Source of the DNA: Cereibacter sphaeroides 2.4.1
Lineage (GTDB): Bacteria; Pseudomonadota; Alphaproteobacteria; Rhodobacterales; Rhodobacteraceae
Direction: 5' to 3'
DNA length: 32,000 bases
Assembly: GCF_000012905.2 (NCBI RefSeq)
Contig: NC_009007.1
Location: 1 to 32,000 of the forward strand
Of this stretch, positions 23,901-31,091 are shown piece by piece (position 1 is the stretch's first letter; every line of letters begins with the position of its first letter). The position numbers were made by a program, and so were the translations under genes. The notes under the pieces were generated by a model, which was not told the DNA's origin, ran no database searches, and saw nothing but the letters and a program-made list of their open reading frames with translations.

Positions 23901-25648
23901 TGAAGGGGCTCGGCACGGCGCAGATCGTGGCGCTGACCACGGCCCAGGCGGCCAAGCTCGGCTCCGATCAGGTCGCCGCCCTCTCGACGGCGCAGGTGGC
24001 GGCGCTGGAGACGGCGGATCTGGCGACCCTCTCGGCCACGGGCGTGAAGGGCTTCGGATCGGCACAGGCGGCGGCCCTCGGCTCGGCACAGGTGGCGGCG
24101 TTCACCACGGCGCAGGTGGCGGCGCTGACCACGGCGGCGGTGAAGGGCTTCGGCTCGGTGCAGGCCTCGGGCCTCACCACCGCGCAGGTGGCCGCGCTGA
24201 CCACGGCGCAGCTCTCGCAGCTCTCGACGGCGGCGGTGAAGGGGCTCGGCACGGCGCAGATCGTGGCGCTGACCACGGGCCAGACGGCGGCGCTCGGCTC
24301 GGCGCAGCTGGGTGCCCTCTCGACGGCGCAGGTGGCGGCCTTCGAGACGGCGGATGCCGCGGCGCTGACCACGACGGCGCTGAAGGGGCTGACCACGGCG
24401 CAGGTCGTGGCGCTGACCACGGGTCAGGCGGCCGCCCTCGGCTCGGTGCAGGTGGCGGGTCTCACGACCGCGCAGATGGCGGCGCTCGAGACGGCGGATC
24501 TCGCGGCCCTCACCACCACGGCGGTGAAGGGGATCACCACCGCCCAGATGGGGGCGCTGACGACGGGACAGGTGGCAGCCCTCACCACGGCGCAGGTGGC
24601 CGCGCTTGCGGGCACGGCGGTGAAGGGACTGTCCTCGACCCAGGCGGGGGCGCTGACGACGGCACAGGTGGCGGCGCTGACCACGGCCCAGGTGCCCCAG
24701 CTCTCGACGGCGGCGCTGAAAGGGCTCGGCTCGGCCCAGATCGTGGCGCTGACCACGGCCCAGGCGGCCGTCCTCGGCTCGGCGCAGCTGGGCGCCCTCT
24801 CGACGGTGCAGGTGGCGGCGCTCGAGACGGTCGATCTCGCGGCCCTGACCACCGCGGCCGTGAAGGGCCTCGGCTCGGCCCAGGTCGCGGGCCTGACCAC
24901 GGGCCAGGTGGCGGCCCTCACCACGGCGCAGATGGCCCAGCTCTCGACGGCGGCGATCGCGGGTCTGGGATCGGTGCAGGCCTCCGGCCTGACCACGGGC
25001 CAGGTGGCGGCCCTCACCACCGATCAGCTCGCCCGGATCACCACCGCGGCGGTGAAGGGGCTCGGCACGGCGCAGATCGTGGCTCTGACCACGGCGCAGG
25101 CGGCGACGCTCGGCTCGGCGCAACTGGCCGCGCTTTCGACGGCGCAGGTGGCGGCCTTCGAGACGGCGGATGTGGCGGCGCTGACCACCGCAGCGGTGAA
25201 GGGCTTCGGGACAGCGCAGGTGGCGGCGCTGACCACCGGGCAGGCGGCCGCCCTTGGCTCGCGTCAGGTGGGCGCGCTTTCCACGGCGCAGGTGGCGGCG
25301 CTCGAGACGGCGGATCTCGCAGCCCTCACCACCGCGGCCGTGAAGGGTCTGGGATCGGCGCAGGCGAAAGTCCTGACGGCGGCGCAGATGGCCGCGCTCA
25401 CCTCGGCTCAGGTGGCGGCCCTCACCACGACCGCCGTGGCAGGCTTCGGCTCGGTGCAGGCGGCGGCGCTCACCACGGCGCAGATGACGGCGCTCACCAC
25501 CGCGCAGATCCCCACCCTGACCACGGCCGCCATCAAGGGTCTCGAAACCGCCGATATCGCGGCGCTCACCACGACGCAGGCGTCGGCCTTCACGGCCACG
25601 CAACTGGGGGCCATGTCGAGCGCCCAGATCGCGGCTCTCTTCCTCTGA
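20963..25648 (+). CDS. Giant octapeptide-repeat protein (194 x L-T-T-A-Q-V-A-A-type repeats); function unknown, candidate T1SS cargo or O-glycosylation substrate
   Basis: ATG at 20963 (MTDFSSK) is in an ORF open from 20918 to the TGA at 25646-25648. Third codon positions are almost uniformly G/C in this frame. The in-register antisense ORF has its third positions on this frame's first positions (many A of Thr codons), so the + strand is the coding one. A strong hairpin plus T-rich tract lies just downstream. There is no Sec/Tat-like N-terminus and no recognised domain. Confidence 0.8.
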   Translation: MTDFSSKTTAEIAALTSAEVASMSSQDLAALSTAQIAALTAQQIGWVKAASLKGLGDAQVVALTTAQAAALGSAQLAALTTAQVAAMETADLAALSATGVAGLTSAQLGGLSTGQVAALTTAQVAALSSVAVKGLGSVQASGLTTAQVAALSTAQLKAFSTAGMTGLGTAQIVALSSAQAAVLGSAQVAALTTAQAAAMETADLAALTSVAVKGLSSTQVGALTTAQVAALTTGQLGALSTGALKGLTTAQVVALTTAQAAGLGSAQVAGLSSTQIAALETADLAALSSAGLKGLGSAQAAGLTTAQVAALTTAQVGQLSSAALKGLGTAQVVALTTAQAAALGTAQVGALSTAQVAALETVDLAALSTAAANALTSAQAASLTTAQVAALTTAQVAALSTGAVKGLSSTQAGALTTAQVAALTTGQLGALTTAALKGLTTAQVVALTTAQAAGLGSAQVAGLSSTQIAALETADLAALSTTGLKGLGSAQAAGLTTAQVAALTTAQVGQLSSAALKGLGTAQIVALTTAQAAALGSTQVAGLSTAQVAALETADLAMLSTAGVKALSSTQVGALTTGQVAALTTAQAAQLSTAALKGLSSTQVAALTTGQVAALTTAQLGALTTAALKGVTTAQVVALTTAQAAGLGSALLAGLSSTQIAAIETADLAALSTTGLKGLGSAQAAGLTTAQVAAFTTAQVGQLSTAALKGLGTAQVVALTTGQAGALGSAQVAGLSTAQVAALETADVAALSTAGVKGVGSAQAAALGSAQVAALTTAQVGQLSTTALKGFGSVQASGLTTAQVAALTTAQLSQLSTAAVKGLGTAQIVALTTGQTAALGSAQLGALSTAQVAAFETADAAALTTTALKGLTTAQVVALTTGQAAALGSAQVAGLSSTQIAALETADLAALTTTAVKGLGSTQVSSLTTGQVAALTTVQVAALSTAAVKGVGSVQASGLTTAQVAALTTAQVAQLSTAALKGLGTAQIVALTTAQAAKLGSDQVAALSTAQVAALETADLATLSATGVKGFGSAQAAALGSAQVAAFTTAQVAALTTAAVKGFGSVQASGLTTAQVAALTTAQLSQLSTAAVKGLGTAQIVALTTGQTAALGSAQLGALSTAQVAAFETADAAALTTTALKGLTTAQVVALTTGQAAALGSVQVAGLTTAQMAALETADLAALTTTAVKGITTAQMGALTTGQVAALTTAQVAALAGTAVKGLSSTQAGALTTAQVAALTTAQVPQLSTAALKGLGSAQIVALTTAQAAVLGSAQLGALSTVQVAALETVDLAALTTAAVKGLGSAQVAGLTTGQVAALTTAQMAQLSTAAIAGLGSVQASGLTTGQVAALTTDQLARITTAAVKGLGTAQIVALTTAQAATLGSAQLAALSTAQVAAFETADVAALTTAAVKGFGTAQVAALTTGQAAALGSRQVGALSTAQVAALETADLAALTTAAVKGLGSAQAKVLTAAQMAALTSAQVAALTTTAVAGFGSVQAAALTTAQMTALTTAQIPTLTTAAIKGLETADIAALTTTQASAFTATQLGAMSSAQIAALFL
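20981..25636 (+). repeat. 24-bp periodic coding tandem array (194 units, 4,656 bp) with 120/240-bp super-repeats
   Basis: The unit is approximately GCG CTG ACC ACG GCG CAG GTG GCG. 6 codons + 194x8 codons + 3 codons equals the ORF length exactly, consistent with no net register shift. The register was checked by eye at both ends and through several internal stretches. Confidence 0.85.
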
Positions 25649-25661
25649 CATAGAGGGAGCA

Positions 25662-25696
25662 CCTCCGGCCCTTCGGGGCCGGAGGATCTTCTTTCC
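25662..25696 (+). terminator. Rho-independent terminator candidate
   Basis: CCTCCGGCCC-TTCG-GGGCCGGAGG (10-bp perfect GC-rich stem, tetraloop) at 25662-25685, followed by ATCTTCTTTCC. It lies 14 nt after the giant gene stop, between convergent genes. Confidence 0.65.
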
Positions 25697-25732
25697 CCGC
25701 CCCCGGACCCTGCCCGGCGGCGGCCCCCACCC

Positions 25733-28700
25733 TCAGATCACGAAGAAATCCGCGGCCGTCAGGCCGAGCCCCGCCGAGAGGGTCGCGATCTGCACCCGCG
25801 CGCCCCCTCCGGTGCCGTCGGCATCGAACCAGAGCGCCCCGGTGTCGCGCTCATAGAGGATCCGGTCGGCCGCATCGGTGGCCTGTCCCGAGAGGTTGGA
25901 GGCAAAGGCCGCCCCGCGCAGCGCCCCCGCCGGAAGGCCGCGGAACACCGCATTTTCCAGATGGATCACGTCGTCGGCCACGTTGAAATCCGCGATCCGG
26001 TCGATCGCGCCGGGCCCGGGGCGGGTGTTGAAGACAAAGCTGTCGCGCCCGGCGCCGCCGATCAGCAGATCCGCCCCGCCGCCGCCGCTCAGCGTGTCGT
26101 TGCCGGCGCCGCCGCTCAGCCGGTTCGCGCCGCCATTGCCGATCAGCAGGTTCGAAAGCCCGTTGCCGGTCCCCGAAAGGTTCGCCGTGCCCGTCAGCAC
26201 CAGCGTCTCGAGCTGGGCGCCCAGCGTGTAGCTGACCGAGGCGCGCACCACATCCACCCCCTGGCCCGCGCGCTCCACGATCGTGTCGCCGCCATCGGTG
26301 ATGTAGGTGTCGTTGCCCGTCCCGCCGATCATGACGTCGCGCCCGCCGCCGCCGTTCAGCGTGTCGTTGCCGGCAAGCCCCTGCAGCCGGTTCGCCCCGC
26401 CATTGCCGGTGAGCAGGTTCGCAAGCCCGTTGCCGGTGCCCGACAGGGCAGCCCCGCCGGTCAGCACCAGCCGCTCGACATTGGCGGCCAGGGTCCAGGA
26501 GAGGCTGCTCTGCACCGTGTCGATACCGCCCCCGGCCAGCTCGATCGTGCTGTCCCCGGCATGGTTGACGATATAGCGGTCGTTGCCCGTGCCCCCCACC
26601 ATCCGGTCGCGTCCGCCGCCGCCGTCGAGCAGGTCGTTGCCCGCGCCGCCCGACAGAAGGTCATTGCCGCCCCGGCCCTCGATCCGGTCGTTGCCGCCGA
26701 ACCCCTCGATCCGCTCGGCATTGGCCGTGCCGATCAGCCGGTCGTTGCCGCCCGAGCCGCGGAGCGTGCCGTCGAGGAGGGTGGCCACCCCCACCGGCAC
26801 CGGCGTGGCCGAGGAGATGGCGCTGGGGAAGGGCGGCACGAGGCGTAGGCTGAAGCTCTCGGTATTCTCGAGCACGAGATCGTCGAGGATGGGGATGAGA
26901 ATTTCGGCCCGGGTCTGGCCGGGCAGGAAGACCACCTCGCCCGACCGGGCGGCGAAGTCGCTGCCCGGGCGGGCCGTCCCGGCGAGGGTCTGGAAGCCGA
27001 TGGCGATCCGCTCGGCCGAGGCGGCCGAAAGCTCGACCACGAAGACCGCGACCCGGCCGCCGGGCCCTTCCTGCAGCGTGGCATGGCCGACCGAGACCGA
27101 GCGGTTCAGCCCCACCCCGTCATTGTCGAGCACCCAGCCGCCGGTGGACAGGGCGCGGTTGCCGCCGCCGAACTGCGCGCCGCGGGGATCGCTCAGATCG
27201 AGAAAGAAGCTCTCGTCGATCTCGTCGAGACTGTCGTTGTAGGAACGGATGCGGAGGGTCTGCACCGTCTCGCCGGGGGCGAAGGTGAGGGTGCCCGAGG
27301 GGGCCGTGGAATAGAAATCCTCGTCGAGCAGCGCGGTGCCGGAGCGGAACTGGTAATCCACGCTCACCGCGTCGGTCGCGGGCTCGGAGAGCCGGATCGT
27401 ATAGGTGAGGTAGCTGCCCTCGACCACCCGGTCGCCTTCGACCGAGATCACTGGCACCGGCCCGTCGTCGTTCAGGATCTCGGCCGTGCCGGTGGCGGCG
27501 GGCACGCCATGGGCGCCGGTGACGGCCAGACCGAAGGTCTCGCCCGCCTCGACCGCGCCATCGTTGATCAGATTGACCGCGACCGTGGCCTCGGTCTGGC
27601 CGGCGAGGAAGGTGACGGTGCCGGTGCGGGCAACATAATCCGCGCCTGCCCGGGCCGAGCCGTCATGGGTCGTGTAGGTGAAGCTGCGGTCGGTGGTGAA
27701 GGCCTCCGACAGCGTGAGGGTGAAGAGCGCCTGCCCGCCTGCGGCCTCGGTCACCACCGGGTTCGAGACGGCCAGTGCCCGGTTCACCCCCACGCCGTCA
27801 TTGTCGATCACCCAGCCCGTCGTGACGAGGGTCGAGATGTTGGCGCCGAACCGCGCGCCCTGCGGTTCGCTCAGCTCGAGAAAGAAGCTCTCGTCGATTT
27901 CGTCGAGACTGTCGTTGTAGGAGCGGATGCGGAGGGTCTGCACCGTCTCGCCCGGGGCGAAGGTGAGCGTGCCCGAGGGGGCGGTGGAATAGAAATCCTC
28001 GTCGAGCAGCGCGGTGCCCGAGCGGAACAGGTAATCCACGCTCACCGCGTCGGTCGCGGGCTCGGAGAGCCGGATCGTATAGGTGAGGTAGCTGCCCTCG
28101 ACCACCCGGTCGCCCTCGACCGAGATCACCGGCACCGGCCCGTCGTCGTTCAGGATCTCGGCCGTGCCGGTCGCGGCGGGCACGCCATGGGCGCCGGTGA
28201 CCGCGAGGCCGAAGGTCTCGCCCGCCTCGACGGCGCCATCGTTGATCAGATTGACCGCGACCGTGGCCTCGGTCTGGCCGGCGAGGAAGGTGACTGTGCC
28301 GGTGCGGGCCACGTAATCCGCGCCCGCCCGGGCCGACCCATCGTAGGTCGTGTAGGTGAAGCTGCGGTCGGTGGTGAAGGCCTCCGACAGCGTGAGGGTG
28401 AAGAGCGCCTGCCCGCCCGCGGCCTCGGTCACCACGGGGTTCGAGACGGCCAGCGCCCGGTTCACCCCCACGCCATCGTCGTCGATCACCCAGCCCGCGG
28501 TGACGAGGGTCGAGATGTTGGCGCCGAACTGCGCGCCCTGCGGATCGCTCAGTTCGAGAAAGAAGCTCTCGTCGATCTCGTCGAGCCTGTCGTTGTAGGA
28601 CCGGATCTGGAGGGTCAGCACCGTCTCGCCGGGGGCGAAGACGAGCGTGCCCGAGGGGGCGGTGGAATAGAAATCCTCGTCGAGCAGCGCGGTGCCGGAG

Positions 28701-28822
28701 CGGAACAGGTAATCCACGCTCACCGCATCGGGGGCGGGCTCGGAGAGCCGGATGGTGTAGGTGAGGTAATTGCCCTCGACGACGGGGGTGCTGGTGACGC
28801 TGAAGGTCGGAAGAATGGCCAT
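25733..28822 (-). CDS. Calx-beta repeat / RTX (hemolysin-type calcium-binding) secreted protein, T1SS substrate
   Basis: ATG at 28822 (MAILPTFSV); the track ORF begins at an upstream TTG. It has six Calx-beta-like modules (VVEGxYLTYTIRLSEP..VSVDY..SGTA..DEDF, DESFFLELS). The C-terminal ~330 aa carry many GGxGxD nonapeptides (GGNDRIEGRGGNDLLSGGAGNDLLDGGGGRD). The protein ends in ...LTAADFFVI, typical of alphaproteobacterial T1SS C-terminal signals. Confidence 0.88.
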   Translation of the reverse strand: MAILPTFSVTSTPVVEGNYLTYTIRLSEPAPDAVSVDYLFRSGTALLDEDFYSTAPSGTLVFAPGETVLTLQIRSYNDRLDEIDESFFLELSDPQGAQFGANISTLVTAGWVIDDDGVGVNRALAVSNPVVTEAAGGQALFTLTLSEAFTTDRSFTYTTYDGSARAGADYVARTGTVTFLAGQTEATVAVNLINDGAVEAGETFGLAVTGAHGVPAATGTAEILNDDGPVPVISVEGDRVVEGSYLTYTIRLSEPATDAVSVDYLFRSGTALLDEDFYSTAPSGTLTFAPGETVQTLRIRSYNDSLDEIDESFFLELSEPQGARFGANISTLVTTGWVIDNDGVGVNRALAVSNPVVTEAAGGQALFTLTLSEAFTTDRSFTYTTHDGSARAGADYVARTGTVTFLAGQTEATVAVNLINDGAVEAGETFGLAVTGAHGVPAATGTAEILNDDGPVPVISVEGDRVVEGSYLTYTIRLSEPATDAVSVDYQFRSGTALLDEDFYSTAPSGTLTFAPGETVQTLRIRSYNDSLDEIDESFFLDLSDPRGAQFGGGNRALSTGGWVLDNDGVGLNRSVSVGHATLQEGPGGRVAVFVVELSAASAERIAIGFQTLAGTARPGSDFAARSGEVVFLPGQTRAEILIPILDDLVLENTESFSLRLVPPFPSAISSATPVPVGVATLLDGTLRGSGGNDRLIGTANAERIEGFGGNDRIEGRGGNDLLSGGAGNDLLDGGGGRDRMVGGTGNDRYIVNHAGDSTIELAGGGIDTVQSSLSWTLAANVERLVLTGGAALSGTGNGLANLLTGNGGANRLQGLAGNDTLNGGGGRDVMIGGTGNDTYITDGGDTIVERAGQGVDVVRASVSYTLGAQLETLVLTGTANLSGTGNGLSNLLIGNGGANRLSGGAGNDTLSGGGGADLLIGGAGRDSFVFNTRPGPGAIDRIADFNVADDVIHLENAVFRGLPAGALRGAAFASNLSGQATDAADRILYERDTGALWFDADGTGGGARVQIATLSAGLGLTAADFFVI
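27200..28822 (-). repeat. 678-bp (226-aa, two Calx-beta modules) tandem repeat, ~2.4 copies, near-identical
   Basis: The antisense track ORFs 27678..27920 and 28356..28598 encode nearly identical peptides at an offset of exactly 678 bp. The protein repeats PVPVISVEGDRVVEGSYLTYTIRLSEPATDAVSVDY... almost verbatim. The lower boundary is approximate. Confidence 0.8.
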
Positions 28823-29133
28823 GAAACGGATCCGATCGAGAAATGTCAGGGGAAAGGGATTCGACGGAAAGTCTGCCCGACAGAGGCATGTTTTCAAAGC
28901 CGAACAGGCCGGGCCTCGGCATTTTTCCCTTATAAGGAAAGGGGCATAGCCCTTTCGGCGCAGGTCTTCCGACCCATTGGGAGGCCTGTCGCACCCTCTT
29001 TCGGACCCGACCTTTCCGCCCCTCCGCCCGATCGGCCCCGGGCGGGCGCATCCGGGGGAGGGCGGCCCTCCCTGCGCTTGAGTTCCCGCGGCCCTCCGGC
29101 CAAAAGGAACGGACCCGCGCGGAGGAGGCCCGG

Positions 29134-29772
29134 ATGTTTCAGACCGTCACGATCCTGCTCGACTGGTTCGGCCTGTGCATCTTCACCGTGACGGGCGCCC
29201 TCGTCGCCTCGCGCAAGGAGATGGACATCGCGGGCTTCGTGCTGCTCGGGGCGGTGACCGGCGTGGGCGGCGGCACGATCCGCGATCTCGTGCTCGGCCG
29301 CACCCCGGTCTTCTGGGTCGAGGAGCCGGCCTATGTGCTGGCCTGCCTCGGCGTCGCGGTCTTCACCTTCTTCTTCGCCCACATCCCCCAGTCGCGCTAC
29401 CGCTTCCTGCTCTGGCTCGATGCGGTGGGCCTGTCCCTCTTTGCGGTGACGGGGGCCGAGCGGGCGCTGCAGACCGGGGCGGGGCCGGTGATCGCGATCG
29501 CCATGGGGGTGGCCACGGCGACCTTCGGCGGCATCCTGCGCGATCTTCTGGGCGGCGAGAGCCCGGTGATCCTGCGGCGCGAGATCTATATCACCGCGGC
29601 GCTTCTGGGGGCGGCCGCCTTCGTGGCGCTCGACGCATTCGGCGCCCCGCGCGAGCTGGCGCTGGGGGCGGGGTTCGCCGCGGCCTTCCTGTCGCGGGCG
29701 GCGGGCCTCGTCTGGGGCCTGTCGCTGCCGCGCTACCGCGCGCGGCCGGGCCGGCCCGAGGGGCGGGGCTGA
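29134..29772 (+). CDS. TRIC-family cation channel (UPF0126/YadS-type, two glycine-kinked repeats)
   Basis: ATG at 29134 with GGAGGAGG 5 nt upstream. It has two internal repeats, each with the conserved glycine motif (VTGVGGGTIRDLVLG and ATATFGGILRDLLGG), and about 7 TM segments. Confidence 0.88.
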   Translation: MFQTVTILLDWFGLCIFTVTGALVASRKEMDIAGFVLLGAVTGVGGGTIRDLVLGRTPVFWVEEPAYVLACLGVAVFTFFFAHIPQSRYRFLLWLDAVGLSLFAVTGAERALQTGAGPVIAIAMGVATATFGGILRDLLGGESPVILRREIYITAALLGAAAFVALDAFGAPRELALGAGFAAAFLSRAAGLVWGLSLPRYRARPGRPEGRG

Positions 29773-29776
29773 GCCC

Positions 29777-30286
29777 TCAGGGATCGGTCGTATTGACCGG
29801 ATAGACCGTCGTGTCGCGGATCCGCTCCATGGCGAATTTCGAGGTCACGTTCTTCGGGCCGGTGGTCTCGGTCAGGCGCAGGTAGAAGGCGTCGAAGGCG
29901 GGCATGTCGGCGGTCACGACCTTGAGCAGATAGTCGACCTCGCCCGCCATGCGCCAGACCTCGACCACCTCAGGCAGGGCCGCCACCGCCTCGGCAAAGC
30001 GCGCGCGCCAGCCGGGGCCATGGTCGGGCGCCTCGATCTCGACGAAGACGGTGAGGCCGAGCCCGATCCGGGCGGGATCCACCAGCGCCACGCGGCCGGT
30101 GATCACGCCCGATTGTTCGAGCCGCCGGATCCGCTTCCAGCAGGGGGTCTGGGACAGGCCCACCCGGTCGGCGAGCCGGGCGAGCGAGAGCGAGCAGTCG
30201 CGCTGCAGCTCGTGGAGGATCTTGCGGTCGATCCGGTCGAGCGCGGGCGCGCGGGCGTCGGTCTCGGGGATCTCGGCATAGGCCAT
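29777..30286 (-). CDS. Lrp/AsnC-family transcriptional regulator
   Basis: ATG at 30286 (MAYAEIPE...LDRIDRKILHELQRDCSLSLARLADRVGLSQTPCWKRIRRLEQSGVI). It has an HTH_AsnC domain plus a RAM/AsnC_trans_reg C-terminal domain and is 169 aa. The upstream part of the 449-aa track ORF overlaps cysA out of frame and is discarded. Confidence 0.9.
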   Translation of the reverse strand: MAYAEIPETDARAPALDRIDRKILHELQRDCSLSLARLADRVGLSQTPCWKRIRRLEQSGVITGRVALVDPARIGLGLTVFVEIEAPDHGPGWRARFAEAVAALPEVVEVWRMAGEVDYLLKVVTADMPAFDAFYLRLTETTGPKNVTSKFAMERIRDTTVYPVNTTDP

Positions 30287-30360
30287 GGGGCGGCTCTCGG
30301 AGAGGGGGGTGGTCCGCCCGCCGGGTCCGGCGGGAGGACCGGGCCGGGAGGGGGCCCGGC

Positions 30361-31080
30361 TCATGCGGTGAGGAACTGGCGCACGAAGTCCGTCCGGGGG
30401 CGGGCGCGGATCTCGGCGGGCTTGCCGATCTGCTCGATGCGCCCCATCGACATGACCACCACGAGGTCTGCAAGCTCCATCGCCTCGTCCTGATCGTGGG
30501 TGACGAAGACGGTGGTCAGGCCGGTCTCGTCGTGGATGTCGCGCAGGCCCTGACGCAGCTCCTTCCTCACGCGGGCGTCGAGCGCGCCGAAGGGCTCGTC
30601 GAGGAGCAGCATCCGCGGTTCGATGGCCAGCGCCCGGGCGAGGGCGACCCTTTGGCGCTGGCCGCCCGACAGCTGCGCCGGATAGCGGCGGGCGATGTCG
30701 GGCAACTGGATGAGCCCGAGCAGCCGGTGGACCCGGCGGTCGATCTCGGCTCCGGTGGGCCGGCTGCGGCGCGGGCGGGCGCGCAGCCCGTAGGCCACGT
30801 TCTCGAAGACGGTCATGTGGCGGAAGAGCGCGTAGCTCTGGAAGACGAAGCCCGCGCGGCGCTCCTGCACGGTGAGGCCCGTTGCATCCTGCCCGTCGAA
30901 GAGCACCCGGCCCGAGGTGGGAAATTCGAGCCCGCCGAGGATCCTGAGGAGCGTGGTCTTGCCCGACCCCGAAGGCCCGAGCAGCGCGATCAGCGCCCCC
31001 GAGGGGATCGAGAGGCTCACGGGATGAAGCGCGGTGGTGGGGCCGAAGGACTTGGCGATCTCGTCGATCTCGATATGCAC
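30361..31080 (-). CDS. cysA: Sulfate/thiosulfate ABC transporter ATP-binding protein (short form, no C-terminal regulatory domain)
   Basis: GTG at 31080 with GAGGAG upstream, 11 nt after the cysW stop. Motifs are [64 protein letters not shown] and [10 protein letters not shown]. It ends right after FVRQFLTA (239 aa). Confidence 0.85.
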   Translation of the reverse strand: MHIEIDEIAKSFGPTTALHPVSLSIPSGALIALLGPSGSGKTTLLRILGGLEFPTSGRVLFDGQDATGLTVQERRAGFVFQSYALFRHMTVFENVAYGLRARPRRSRPTGAEIDRRVHRLLGLIQLPDIARRYPAQLSGGQRQRVALARALAIEPRMLLLDEPFGALDARVRKELRQGLRDIHDETGLTTVFVTHDQDEAMELADLVVVMSMGRIEQIGKPAEIRARPRTDFVRQFLTA

Positions 31081-31091
31081 GAAGTCTCTCC

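Noticed and set aside
20981-25636. Possible CRISPR or non-coding satellite array (regular 24-bp periodicity)
   Set aside because: There is no repeat-spacer alternation. The units are contiguous and degenerate mainly at synonymous or position-specific sites. They maintain one open reading frame for 4.7 kb. No cas genes are present.
20762-25651. 1,629-aa minus-strand ORF (Arg/Gly/Leu/Glu-rich, RRLRRGERRHLRR...) exactly antisense to the giant repeat gene, plus many 100-360-aa Cys/Ala/Val-rich ORFs in another minus frame
   Set aside because: It is in codon register with the + strand ORF, so its third positions fall on the + frame's first positions (many A from Thr codons). The + frame shows near-uniform G/C at third positions, as expected for real genes in this genome. 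The lack of stops is a by-product of the repetitive GC-rich sequence. It has no start context or domain.
27083-29191. 702-aa plus-strand ORF opposite the Calx-beta/RTX gene (and the 417-aa minus ORF 27798..29051 in another frame)
   Set aside because: It is an antisense or out-of-frame shadow ORF with no motifs. The Calx-beta/RTX frame has clear domain repeats and a T1SS C-terminus.
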